Positions 9,574 to 17,618 of a stretch of 50,316 nt of DNA are shown piece by piece. Below the pieces are notes generated by a model. It searched no databases. It was not told where the DNA came from and saw nothing but the letters and a program-made list of their open reading frames with translations. The stretch spans positions 1-50,316 of the forward strand of contig JBQCEU010000100.1 of the NCBI GenBank assembly GCA_051959955.1, read 5' to 3'. The translations under genes were made by a program, and so were the position numbers. Position 1 is the first letter of the stretch; every line of letters starts with the position of its first letter. Source of the stretch: Terriglobales bacterium. GTDB lineage: Bacteria; Acidobacteriota; Terriglobia; Terriglobales; SCQP01.

Positions 9574-9993
9574 ATGAGCCAACCTGTGGCCAACGCCAAG
9601 CCTTCCCAGTCAACCTCCCAGTCCGCGGCCGCCGGCGCCTGGTGGGTGCTGCTGTTGGGCTGGCTGCTCCCCGGCATGGGCTACTTCGTGGCGCGCAAGT
9701 GGGTGCGCGGCAGCCTGGTGCTGGTGTCGGTGGTGGGGATGTTTGGCCTGGGGCTGGCCATGCGCGGCCGGGTGTTCGGCTTCAACACCAGCAATATTCT
9801 CGATATGTTGGGCTGGATCGGCGATCTGTGCGCGGGCGCGCTCTACTTCCTCACCCGGCTGGTGGGAGCCGGCGCGGGCAACCCCTATTCGGTGCTTGGC
9901 GACTATGGCACCAATTTTCTGATCGCCGCCGGGCTGCTCAATCTGCTGGCCGCCGCCGACGCGCGCGACGTGGTGCTGGGGAGGAAGCGTTAG
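9574..9993 (+). CDS. Membrane protein, DUF6677-like
   Basis: WLLPGMGYF and DYGTNFLIAAGLLNLLAAADA; several hydrophobic segments. Confidence 0.65.
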   Translation: MSQPVANAKPSQSTSQSAAAGAWWVLLLGWLLPGMGYFVARKWVRGSLVLVSVVGMFGLGLAMRGRVFGFNTSNILDMLGWIGDLCAGALYFLTRLVGAGAGNPYSVLGDYGTNFLIAAGLLNLLAAADARDVVLGRKR

Positions 9994-9996
9994 TCC

Positions 9997-10176
9997 ATGG
10001 GATTCTCGCATCTTACCGCCGTGGTGTTGTTTTCGCTGTTCGCATCGGTGATTTTTGGCATCACGCTGCGCGAGGGGCTGCGTGAGCAGCTCCGCTATGG
10101 GCTTATTGCCTTCGCCTGGTTTGTGGGTGGCACCATCGCCGGCGGATGGTTTCTTTATCTGTTGAACCCCCATTGA
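9997..10176 (+). CDS. Small two-TM membrane protein (59 aa), absent from the ORF track
   Basis: MGFSHLTAVVLFSLFASVIFGITLREGLREQLRYGLIAFAWFVGGTIAGGWFLYLLNPH; fills the gap between the DUF6677-like and brx genes; GGGAGG upstream. Confidence 0.75.
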   Translation: MGFSHLTAVVLFSLFASVIFGITLREGLREQLRYGLIAFAWFVGGTIAGGWFLYLLNPH

Positions 10177-10193
10177 TTCAAAAAGGAGTCGCC

Positions 10194-10610
10194 ATGTATC
10201 CCGAGTTCATGATTGCCCCCATGCGCGAGGAGCTAACCCGCATTGGCGTCGAGCAGGCACGCACCCCGTCCGAGGTGGATCAGGCGGTAGCCCAGCCAGG
10301 AACCACACTGGTGGTGGTCAACTCCGTCTGCGGCTGTGCCGCCGGCAAAGCCCGGCCGGGAATAACGCAGGCCCTGCAACATGGGCGGCGCCCCGACCGC
10401 GCCATCACGGTTTTTGCAGGCGCCGACCTGGAGGCCACCGAGCGCGCCCGGGGCTACTTCACCGGCTTCGAACCGTCGTCGCCTTCGGTCGGGCTGCTCA
10501 AGGACGGGCAGTTGGTGTTCATGCTGGAACGCCGCCAGATCGAGGGCCGTACCGCTCCCGAAATTGCCCAAGCGCTGACGGAAGCCTTCGATCAGCACTG
10601 CGGCCAGTGA
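10194..10610 (+). CDS. BrxA/BrxB (YphP/YqiW) family bacilliredoxin
   Basis: MYPE..IAPMREELT, VNSVCGCAAGKARP (CGC motif) and PSSPSVGL; AAGGAG RBS before ATG 10194. Confidence 0.92.
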   Translation: MYPEFMIAPMREELTRIGVEQARTPSEVDQAVAQPGTTLVVVNSVCGCAAGKARPGITQALQHGRRPDRAITVFAGADLEATERARGYFTGFEPSSPSVGLLKDGQLVFMLERRQIEGRTAPEIAQALTEAFDQHCGQ

Positions 10611-11899
10611 CAGCGACGGCGTGGCTGCCGTCGGCGGCAGAGGCCGAGACCGATTTTCCGCTGGCCAATCTGCCTTATGGCGCCTTCTCGGCGCTGGGCC
10701 GGGAAGCGCGCCTGGGTGTCGCCATCGGCGACCAGATCCTTGATCTTCGCGCCGCCGATGCGGTGGGGCTGCTTGCCGGCCTGCCGGAAGCTTTGCGGGA
10801 GGCCTGCCGGCAACCGGTGCTGAACTCCCTCATGGAGCAGGATCCCGCCCGGTTGAGCCAACTGCGCCGCCGGCTGACGGAATTGCTCAGCGCCAGCCAT
10901 GAGAGCGATCGCGAGCGCACCGCCCGGGCGCTGCTGCCGCAAGCCGAGGCCACGCTCCAGCTTCCGGCGGCCATCGGCGACTACACCGACTTTTACGCCT
11001 CCATCCATCACGCCACCAACGTGGGCAAGCTCTTCCGCCCCACCAACCCCCTGCTGCCGAATTACAAGTACATCCCAGTTGGCTACCACGGCCGCAGTTC
11101 CTCGGTGGTGGTCAGCCCGGAAAGAATCCGACGTCCGGTTGGTCAACTGCCTGGAGCGGAAGGGGCGGCGCCAAGTTTCGCGCCTACCCGGCAGTTGGAT
11201 TACGAACTGGAGGTTGGCATATTTGTAGGTCAAGGGAATGCCCTGGGGCATCCGATCCCGATGGTGGCGGCCGAAAGCCATATTTTCGGCCTGTGTTTGC
11301 TCAACGATTGGTCAGCCCGCGATATGCAGCGGTGGGAGTATCAGCCGCTGGGCCCGTTTCTGGCAAAGAACTTCGCCACGTCCATCTCACCCTGGGTGGT
11401 CACCATGGAAGCCCTGGCGCCCTATCGCGTTCCCGCCGCGGAGCGTCCGGCCGGCGATCCCGAGCCGCTGCCGTATCTCGACGCTGTGGGCAACCGCGCG
11501 GCCGGCGGGCTGAATATGACGGTGGAGGCCTGGCTGCAGACCGACCGCATGCGCAGGGAAAAGCTGGCGCCGGTACGTCTCAGCCGCGCCAATTTTCGCG
11601 ATCTTTACTGGACGATGGCGCAGTTGCTGGTCCATCACGCCAGCAACGGCTGTAATCTCCGCAGCGGCGATCTGCTGGGAAGCGGAACCATCTCCGGGCC
11701 CGAGCCGGAGGCGCGGGGGTGCCTTCTGGAACTGACCTCAGGCGGCCGTGAGCCGGTGACCCTGCCCGGCGGCGAAACCCGAGCCTTTCTTGAAAACGGG
11801 GACGAAATTACACTGCGCGCCTACTGCCAGAAGGCGGGAGCAGCCCGGATCGGTTGGGGGGAGTGCCGGGGTAGAATTGTCCCAGCCGTGGAAGTGTAA
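10607..11899 (+). CDS. fahA: Fumarylacetoacetase
   Basis: DFPLANLPYG, GDYTDFYASIHHATNVG, YHGRSSSVV, LDYELE and NDWSARDMQRWEYQPLGPF motifs. Confidence 0.95.
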   Translation: MTATAWLPSAAEAETDFPLANLPYGAFSALGREARLGVAIGDQILDLRAADAVGLLAGLPEALREACRQPVLNSLMEQDPARLSQLRRRLTELLSASHESDRERTARALLPQAEATLQLPAAIGDYTDFYASIHHATNVGKLFRPTNPLLPNYKYIPVGYHGRSSSVVVSPERIRRPVGQLPGAEGAAPSFAPTRQLDYELEVGIFVGQGNALGHPIPMVAAESHIFGLCLLNDWSARDMQRWEYQPLGPFLAKNFATSISPWVVTMEALAPYRVPAAERPAGDPEPLPYLDAVGNRAAGGLNMTVEAWLQTDRMRREKLAPVRLSRANFRDLYWTMAQLLVHHASNGCNLRSGDLLGSGTISGPEPEARGCLLELTSGGREPVTLPGGETRAFLENGDEITLRAYCQKAGAARIGWGECRGRIVPAVEV

Positions 11900-11920
11900 C
11901 TCCCCTCCCGCCCGCGCGTC
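11895..11920 (+). promoter_or_regulatory. Putative ECF-sigma promoter TGTAAC-N16-CGTC upstream of ECF gene 1
   Basis: AAC (-35) and CGTC (-10) with a 16-nt spacer match the typical ECF promoter form; it ends 15 nt before the ATG. Confidence 0.55.
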
Positions 11921-11935
11921 GAAGAAGGATGGTGC

Positions 11936-12547
11936 ATGCCCGAGCCCGTACCCGCAGTTGATGAAGACCTCATCCTCGTACGGCAGGCGTGTGCTGGGAA
12001 CCGGGAGGCTTTCTACAACCTTGTCAGCCGCTACGAGCGCAGGCTTTATCGCTCGGCTCTGGCCATTACGGGCAGTCCGGCCGATGCCGAGGAGACCGTC
12101 CAGGAGACCTTCCTGCGGGCCTTCGAGCACCTGTCGCAGTTCCGCGCCGAGGCCAAGTTCCAGACCTGGCTTACCCAGATTCTGCTCAACACGGCGCGTA
12201 TGAAACTGCGGAAGAACCATGCCGGACTTTGGGAATCGCTCGACGAACCGCGCCCAACCGAAGAGGGTATGATGCCGCGCGACGTGGCCGAGTGGCGGGA
12301 AAACCCGGAGCAGAAGCTGGGGCGAGAGGAGATGGAACGGATCCTGCATCAGGCGCTGCGGGGCCTGCCACCGGGCTATCGCGAGGTGATCGCCATGCGC
12401 GACATGCAACTGCTCTCGACACAGGAGACGGCCGAACTGCTGGGCATGAGCGTGGCCAACGTCAAGACACGGCTTTTGCGAGCCCGGCTGCAACTGCGGG
12501 AAAGGCTGGCGGGACCACTGGGCCGGCTACACGGCGAGAGGGGATGA
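11936..12547 (+). CDS. ECF RNA polymerase sigma factor (sigma-70 family)
   Basis: Region 2 DAEETVQETFLRAF..FQTWL and region 4 LPPGYREVI..ETAELLG..NVKTRLLRAR. Confidence 0.93.
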   Translation: MPEPVPAVDEDLILVRQACAGNREAFYNLVSRYERRLYRSALAITGSPADAEETVQETFLRAFEHLSQFRAEAKFQTWLTQILLNTARMKLRKNHAGLWESLDEPRPTEEGMMPRDVAEWRENPEQKLGREEMERILHQALRGLPPGYREVIAMRDMQLLSTQETAELLGMSVANVKTRLLRARLQLRERLAGPLGRLHGERG

Positions 12548-13245
12548 GCGCGATGGAAAGCACCTGCCAACAGTGGCTGGCGTGGTTGACGGATCATCTG
12601 GATGGTGAGTTGAACGCCGCCTATTGTGCCCAGTTCCGCTCGCACATGGAGGACTGTCCGCGGTGCCGCGCCTTGCTGCAGAACCTTCAGGTCTCGCAAG
12701 CCCTTTTGGCCGATGAGCGCTACTTTGCACCGGCGCCGGAGGCTTCGGGGCGTTTGCGCCAGGCGCTGGAAAGCGGTCTGGAGGAGCCTTTGCTGGTGGC
12801 TGACCTGCGTCCGGCCGCCCGGCAGCCAGCGCTCATCAAGCGGCGGCGATGGTGGCAGCCGCAGTGGACTGGCGCCTGGGCCGCGGCGATTGTGCTTCTG
12901 ATTCTGGCGGTGGGAGTTGTCCGCTGGCGGGCCGGGGCGGTGACGACCTCGGGATGGCTGATAGATCGCCACTGCCTCACAGCTTTTGCCAACCACCCGG
13001 CTGACCACCCGCGCGATTGCCTGCTGCGCTGCGCCAAGCTGACCTACGGCGTGGTGGATGCCAAGGGGCACTTCACCCCCTTTGACGCGCAGGGCAGCAG
13101 GCGCGCCCTCGCCGCGGTGGAGGCCAGCGACAAGCCCGACCACCTGTGGGTAACCGTCACCGGAAAGAAATCCGCCAGCTCGCCGGTTCTGGAAGTGCAG
13201 CAGATCGAGCTCACCGATCCCAACGTGGCCGCCTCCCGCTATTGA
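12544..13245 (+). CDS. Zinc-finger (zf-HC2/ZAS) anti-sigma factor with TM helix and Cys/His-rich C-terminal domain
   Basis: ATG 12544 overlaps the sigma stop; HMEDCPRC (HxxxCxxC); TM AWAAAIVLLILAVGVV; C-terminal DRHC..HPRDCLLRC. Confidence 0.8.
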   Translation: MSAMESTCQQWLAWLTDHLDGELNAAYCAQFRSHMEDCPRCRALLQNLQVSQALLADERYFAPAPEASGRLRQALESGLEEPLLVADLRPAARQPALIKRRRWWQPQWTGAWAAAIVLLILAVGVVRWRAGAVTTSGWLIDRHCLTAFANHPADHPRDCLLRCAKLTYGVVDAKGHFTPFDAQGSRRALAAVEASDKPDHLWVTVTGKKSASSPVLEVQQIELTDPNVAASRY

Positions 13246-13249
13246 AGCC

Positions 13250-14263
13250 TTAGGGCTTGGAGGCAGGTCCGAGGAGGATCTTCTCGAAAAAGGCCAGCGC
13301 GCGCGGGTCTTTCGACTGGCCCAGCCAGAACATGGCGCGCTTGCGCACGGCCGGGTTGGAATTGCTTTCGGCAACATGAATGAGTAGCGGCACCCCGTCA
13401 CCGTGGGGCAACTGGCTGAGGCCGAATACCGCGCGCTCTTTAACCTGGGTGTCCGGGTCGTTTTGGACGGCATCCGCGATCGCACCGGCAGCCTTCTGGC
13501 TGGCCTTTTGTCCGAGCCAAAACAGCGCCTGACCACGCACCTCAGGCGAGGGATCCGTCTTGGCCATGCGGATCATCTCGTCAACCGCCTCGGGTTCATG
13601 GCTGACGGAAAAGGCAAACACCAGACGCCGCCGCAGGGCCGGGGAGAGGTCGGGCGAGCGCTCCAGACGCTGCAGGGCGGAGAATCCGGCGGGGCCGCGC
13701 GCCGCGCCCAGCCAGAACACCGCCTGCTCGCGCACCTTCTCCGGAGCTGATCCGGAAGCCAGCCCCTGCAGCGCCTGCCCGGCGGCATCGCCGGCGCTCA
13801 GGGCCAGCGGCGCAGTTGCGGACGCATTGCCCGCTTGCGCCAACCCCTGCAGGAGGCGTGCACTCTGGGCGGCATCGGCGCCCGTGAGCCAGGTGACGGG
13901 GAGGCCACCGGCATCCAGCGTGCAAGTGGCGTCGAAGCTCCGCACCTTGTCCACCGTGCCGTTTTCCAGACGAAGCATTATGAGCAGCGGGCGGGATTGC
14001 AGAGGGGTATCGCCATCCTCACGGATGCGGCTGTTGCCGGTTTCCAGATAGGCGGTATCGCCGCAGTCGCGGTTGTGCTGGGGCATGCCCATGACGCTGT
14101 AGCCCCACCAGCGCGGGCCGCTCGAGTGTTCCGCCGCCTGCAGTTGGGCGGCGAGGTTGGCGGCGGGCGCGGTGGTGAGCTGCGCGTGGGTGAAATTCGG
14201 GGTTTGGGCGGCCGTCAGCGCGGCGGCGGTGAGCAGCAGAAGGGAAGTGGCGAGTGGGCGCAT
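13250..14263 (-). CDS. Exported HEAT-repeat protein
   Basis: Signal peptide; repeats VREQAVFWLG, VRGQALFWLGQ, VKERAVFGLSQ and VRKRAMFWLGQ. Confidence 0.8.
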   Translation of the reverse strand: MRPLATSLLLLTAAALTAAQTPNFTHAQLTTAPAANLAAQLQAAEHSSGPRWWGYSVMGMPQHNRDCGDTAYLETGNSRIREDGDTPLQSRPLLIMLRLENGTVDKVRSFDATCTLDAGGLPVTWLTGADAAQSARLLQGLAQAGNASATAPLALSAGDAAGQALQGLASGSAPEKVREQAVFWLGAARGPAGFSALQRLERSPDLSPALRRRLVFAFSVSHEPEAVDEMIRMAKTDPSPEVRGQALFWLGQKASQKAAGAIADAVQNDPDTQVKERAVFGLSQLPHGDGVPLLIHVAESNSNPAVRKRAMFWLGQSKDPRALAFFEKILLGPASKP

Positions 14264-14272
14264 GGCAGTTCC

Positions 14273-15535
14273 TTACTGATTGAGGATTTCCATCAGGTAG
14301 TCGGTGGCGGCCTTGGAGTGCATGAGCGAGAGCTGCTGCACGAGGTCGCGCTTCAGTTCCGGGTCCTGCTCCTTGCGCGCCAGCGCCACCAGGCCGGCGG
14401 CGTCGTTGCGGATGAAGAGCGAGCGGATCACCGCGCGGCTGGTTTCGCGGTCACTCGCGCCTGGATAGAGCGACTCCAGCGCGGCCGCCACCTTGGGCGA
14501 GCCGTTCATACCCAGGCTGCGGATGGCCTCCAGCCTCATCTTGGGGTTACTCTCGGCCTTGGCCAGCGGGATCAGGTGATCGGTATCGCCTGCCATGCCG
14601 AGCGATCGGATGATGGTCAGCTTGGCGTCCACGGGAGGATTGGATTGGTAGAGCTGCCACAACTCATCCTTGCCGCCCGCCAGCGCCAGATTGCGAATCG
14701 CCTCCTGGCGCAGCGCGGGGTCGGATTCGCTCCTGGCGGCGGCCAGCAGATCGGCGCGGTCGCCGCCGACCATGTAGGCGCGCAGGATGTTTTCGCGCAT
14801 GGGCCGGGTGGCATTGCCGGCATAGATGCTCGCCAGCGCGGCGCGGCCTTTCTCGCCTCCGGCCATGCCCAGATAGCGCACCGCGTGGTCGCGCACCTCG
14901 GGGTTGGGATTGTTTTTGGCAATTTCGGTAAGTTCCTGCAGAGCGGCGGGAGAGTGGTTCTGCGCCAGCACGAACAGAGCCCGGGTCTTGACCGCCGGCG
15001 AGGCGTTGCCGTTGATTACCTTCTCCAGCATGGGCAGCGCTTCGGCGGAGTTGCTGTTCATCAGGCCATTGAGCGCCAGCAGCTTGAGATCATCGCCCTT
15101 TTGCAGGTCGGGGGTGACGACGGCACCGGTGGCCTGGCGCAGTTGCAGTTTCAGCGCCGCCGCGTCCTGGGACCAGTCGCTGGCGGGATAGAGGGCGTGC
15201 AGGCGGTCGAGCGCCGCCATCGAGGCGTCCAGCTTTCCCAATTTGTTGTCGGCGAAGGCCTGCCAGTACAGCGAGGCATCGCCCATTTTGGCGCGGGCCG
15301 CCTCGAGCTTGGCCGCCAGCTCTTCAAATTGCGCCGAAGCCTTATCCCACTGCGCGGAGTTGATGGCATCGAGGGCTTCCTGGTATTGCTTGATCACCTG
15401 CGGCGGCGGGGGAGGCGCGACCACCGGAGTGGGCGGAGCGGCCAGGGGCGGAGGCGGGGGCGCGGTCTGGGCTCCCAAACCGACCGCCAGGGCCAGAGCC
15501 AGTGCCGAGGTCAGAAAACAGGTTTCATGCTTCAT
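14273..15535 (-). CDS. Exported TPR-like plus HEAT-repeat protein
   Basis: Signal peptide, Pro-rich linker, TPR-like ASLYWQAFADNKLGK...YPASDW, then repeats VKTRALFVLAQ, VRDHAVRYLG, LRQEAIRNLA and MRLEAIRSLG. Confidence 0.8.
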   Translation of the reverse strand: MKHETCFLTSALALALAVGLGAQTAPPPPPLAAPPTPVVAPPPPPQVIKQYQEALDAINSAQWDKASAQFEELAAKLEAARAKMGDASLYWQAFADNKLGKLDASMAALDRLHALYPASDWSQDAAALKLQLRQATGAVVTPDLQKGDDLKLLALNGLMNSNSAEALPMLEKVINGNASPAVKTRALFVLAQNHSPAALQELTEIAKNNPNPEVRDHAVRYLGMAGGEKGRAALASIYAGNATRPMRENILRAYMVGGDRADLLAAARSESDPALRQEAIRNLALAGGKDELWQLYQSNPPVDAKLTIIRSLGMAGDTDHLIPLAKAESNPKMRLEAIRSLGMNGSPKVAAALESLYPGASDRETSRAVIRSLFIRNDAAGLVALARKEQDPELKRDLVQQLSLMHSKAATDYLMEILNQ

Positions 15536-16269
15536 AGGTCACCATTGCGTTCGGAAGTTGGCGCCTGCCGGCGCGCGGTTAATGTCTGATCGAACACCCG
15601 CAGCTTGAACAGCAACCCACTGGCCGCGAAGCGTTCCTGCATCCTCTGCCATTGGACGCTGTCGAGGCGATTCGGACTGTGGGCAATCTCCAAGAGCGGC
15701 GGTTCCAGCAATCCCAGCACATGCGCCGCGGTCAGGTCGCCATGGGCGGCGGCATCGGCGGCGTAGAGGCGGTTGGCGGCGAGCAGTTCGCGGGCCTGGC
15801 GCCTGGCGTCGGCCATGGGTACGGTTCCGGCAGCGGCGGGAGCGTGCTTGACTTCCAGCAGCAGCGCCTGGGCCTGGTCCAGATGTTCACCCACCGCGGC
15901 CCGCAACAAGGGAGAGGCCGAAGGGCTTTCCGCCACCGCGGCCCGTGCGGCCGGGGCCGCCGCCCGCGGCCGCGCCCACCAACCCATCAGCACCAGCACC
16001 GCCGCCAGGGCCGCCGCGCCGCTCCAAGCCCAGCGCCAGGAGCGCTGGGGGACAGGGGAATCGAGGATCCCGTCCATCCGCGCCCAGACGCGGGCGGGCA
16101 GGAGGGCATCGGCTTCCGGCGAGTCCCACCGCGCAGCCATCCGCAGCGGCTGCTGCCAGCCCTCGAGACGTTGGCGGCAGGCCGCGCAGTCTTCGAGGTG
16201 CGCGGCCGTTGCCTGGTCGCCAAAGCCCATGGCGTGGGCCATCAATTGCTTGTCATCAGCGTGCTTCAT
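15532..16269 (-). CDS. Putative ZAS anti-sigma factor with TM helix
   Basis: HLEDCAACRQRL (HxxxCxxC) and TM AAALAAVLVLMGWW; coupled to the ECF gene by an ATGA overlap. Confidence 0.8.
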   Translation of the reverse strand: MKHADDKQLMAHAMGFGDQATAAHLEDCAACRQRLEGWQQPLRMAARWDSPEADALLPARVWARMDGILDSPVPQRSWRWAWSGAAALAAVLVLMGWWARPRAAAPAARAAVAESPSASPLLRAAVGEHLDQAQALLLEVKHAPAAAGTVPMADARRQARELLAANRLYAADAAAHGDLTAAHVLGLLEPPLLEIAHSPNRLDSVQWQRMQERFAASGLLFKLRVFDQTLTARRQAPTSERNGDL

Positions 16270-16853
16270 CGCGCCTGCTCCAACTGCTGCCGCAGCTTGC
16301 GAACGCCGCGGAAAATGGTGTTCTTGGTGGCTGAAGTGCGCAACCCCAACGCCGCCCCAATCTCTTCAATCGAAAGCTGCTCGTAGTGCCGCAGTACAAA
16401 GGCGGCCCGCTCCACCGGGGTGAGGTGGTTCAAGGCGGTGCCGATGCGGCGGCTGGCTTCCGCGCTCAAGAGCAGCCGCTCCGGCGATGGCTGGGCGCCA
16501 GGCAGAAGCTCGGCCGGATCGGACTCCCCGTCCGCGCTGAGGGCTGTCTGCGGTCGTGCCCGATGGCGCCGGAGAAGGTCAAGGGCGGCGTTGGTGCAGA
16601 TGCGGTGCAGCCAGGTCCCCACGCCGGCCCGCGCCTGGAAGCGGGCGCGGCTGCGGTAGGCGCGGAGGAAGGTTTCCTGTACCAAATCTTCGGCGTCCTG
16701 GCGGTTGGCGGTCATGCGGTAGGCGAGCCGGTACAGCCGGGCGCTGTAGAGCTCGACGATGGAGCGGAAGTCGGCGCTGGAGCCCAAATCGAGCTCTCCC
16801 GCGAGGGCGGCGGCGGAATTGTCCGCGTCCACGTCGCCGGCTACGTTCGTCAT
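16266..16853 (-). CDS. ECF RNA polymerase sigma factor (sigma-70 family)
   Basis: DAEDLVQETFLRAY..TWLHRICTNAALD and LTPVERAAFVLRHYE..EIG..FRGVRKLR. The start is ATG 16853 or 16862; 16853 is preferred because of the promoter position. Confidence 0.92.
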   Translation of the reverse strand: MTNVAGDVDADNSAAALAGELDLGSSADFRSIVELYSARLYRLAYRMTANRQDAEDLVQETFLRAYRSRARFQARAGVGTWLHRICTNAALDLLRRHRARPQTALSADGESDPAELLPGAQPSPERLLLSAEASRRIGTALNHLTPVERAAFVLRHYEQLSIEEIGAALGLRTSATKNTIFRGVRKLRQQLEQAR

Positions 16854-16864
16854 CTGCCCCATTG

Positions 16865-16888
16865 GACGCAGACCCCCGGCGGCGGTTA
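16865..16888 (-). promoter_or_regulatory. Putative ECF-sigma promoter TAAC-N16-CGTC upstream of ECF gene 2
   Basis: The minus strand reads ccTAACcgccgccgggggtctgCGTCcaatg, the same architecture as the motif before ECF gene 1. Confidence 0.55.
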
Positions 16889-17596
16889 GGTCGGCCTGCG
16901 GCCGCCCAGCATGTGCCCAAGCTGGCGCGCGATCCCCAGCAGGCGCCGCGCATCGGCGGAAGTCGGCCGCCAGCGGCTCAACATTTCCCTTACCAGCCGC
17001 TGCTGGCCGCCGCGGTGTTCCGGTTGCACTGTACCGAGCCGCTCGAGCAGAGGCATCCAGGCCTGCACCACGCGTTCGCGCTGGGCGGCGTCCAGCCCGG
17101 TGAGGCGGGCCGGGGGGGCGGCCTGGACCGAGCGCGTCAGTTCATAGGCGCACACGGCAACCGCCTGGCCCAAATTCATCGAAGGCGCCTCCGGCCGGGT
17201 GGAGATGCGAGCCAAGCGGTGGCAGTAGCTGATTTCCTCCACTCCCAAGCCGGTCTTCTCCGAGCCAAACACCAGCGCCGTCCGGCCCGCCGGCAGCGAG
17301 GCGGCCACCGTCTGCCATTCCTCGAGTGGCAGTTCCGGTACCCTCCCGGTTCCGGCCGATGTCCCCACCACGGCATCGCACCCGGCGACCGCCTCGGGGA
17401 GCGTGGCAAAGGTCCGCGCGTGCTCGAGGACGGCCAAGCCGGCCCGCGCCGACCGCACCGTGTCCCAGGCGGCCGCGTAGGGCTCGACCAGGGCAAGATC
17501 TTCAAGCCCAAAGTTGGCCATGGCTCGCGCCGCCGCCCCGATGTTGAGCGGGTTTCGCACCCGCACCAGCACAATGCGGATGGCAAGATGCAGCAT
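16886..17596 (-). CDS. tRNA/rRNA methyltransferase, TrmJ/LasT (SPOUT) family
   Basis: NPLNIGAAARAMANFG, VFGSEKTGL and SMNLGQAVAV; start moved to ATG 17596. Confidence 0.88.
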   Translation of the reverse strand: MLHLAIRIVLVRVRNPLNIGAAARAMANFGLEDLALVEPYAAAWDTVRSARAGLAVLEHARTFATLPEAVAGCDAVVGTSAGTGRVPELPLEEWQTVAASLPAGRTALVFGSEKTGLGVEEISYCHRLARISTRPEAPSMNLGQAVAVCAYELTRSVQAAPPARLTGLDAAQRERVVQAWMPLLERLGTVQPEHRGGQQRLVREMLSRWRPTSADARRLLGIARQLGHMLGGRRPT

Positions 17597-17618
17597 AGCC
17601 TTCCATTGTACCGGGCGG

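Noticed and set aside
13835-15589. 584-aa plus-strand ORF and similar long shadow ORFs (17176-18888, 21628-23226, 27221-28822, 43255-44832)
   Set aside because: They overlap well-supported genes on the opposite strand or in another frame and have no recognisable motifs; this is expected from stop-codon scarcity at high GC.
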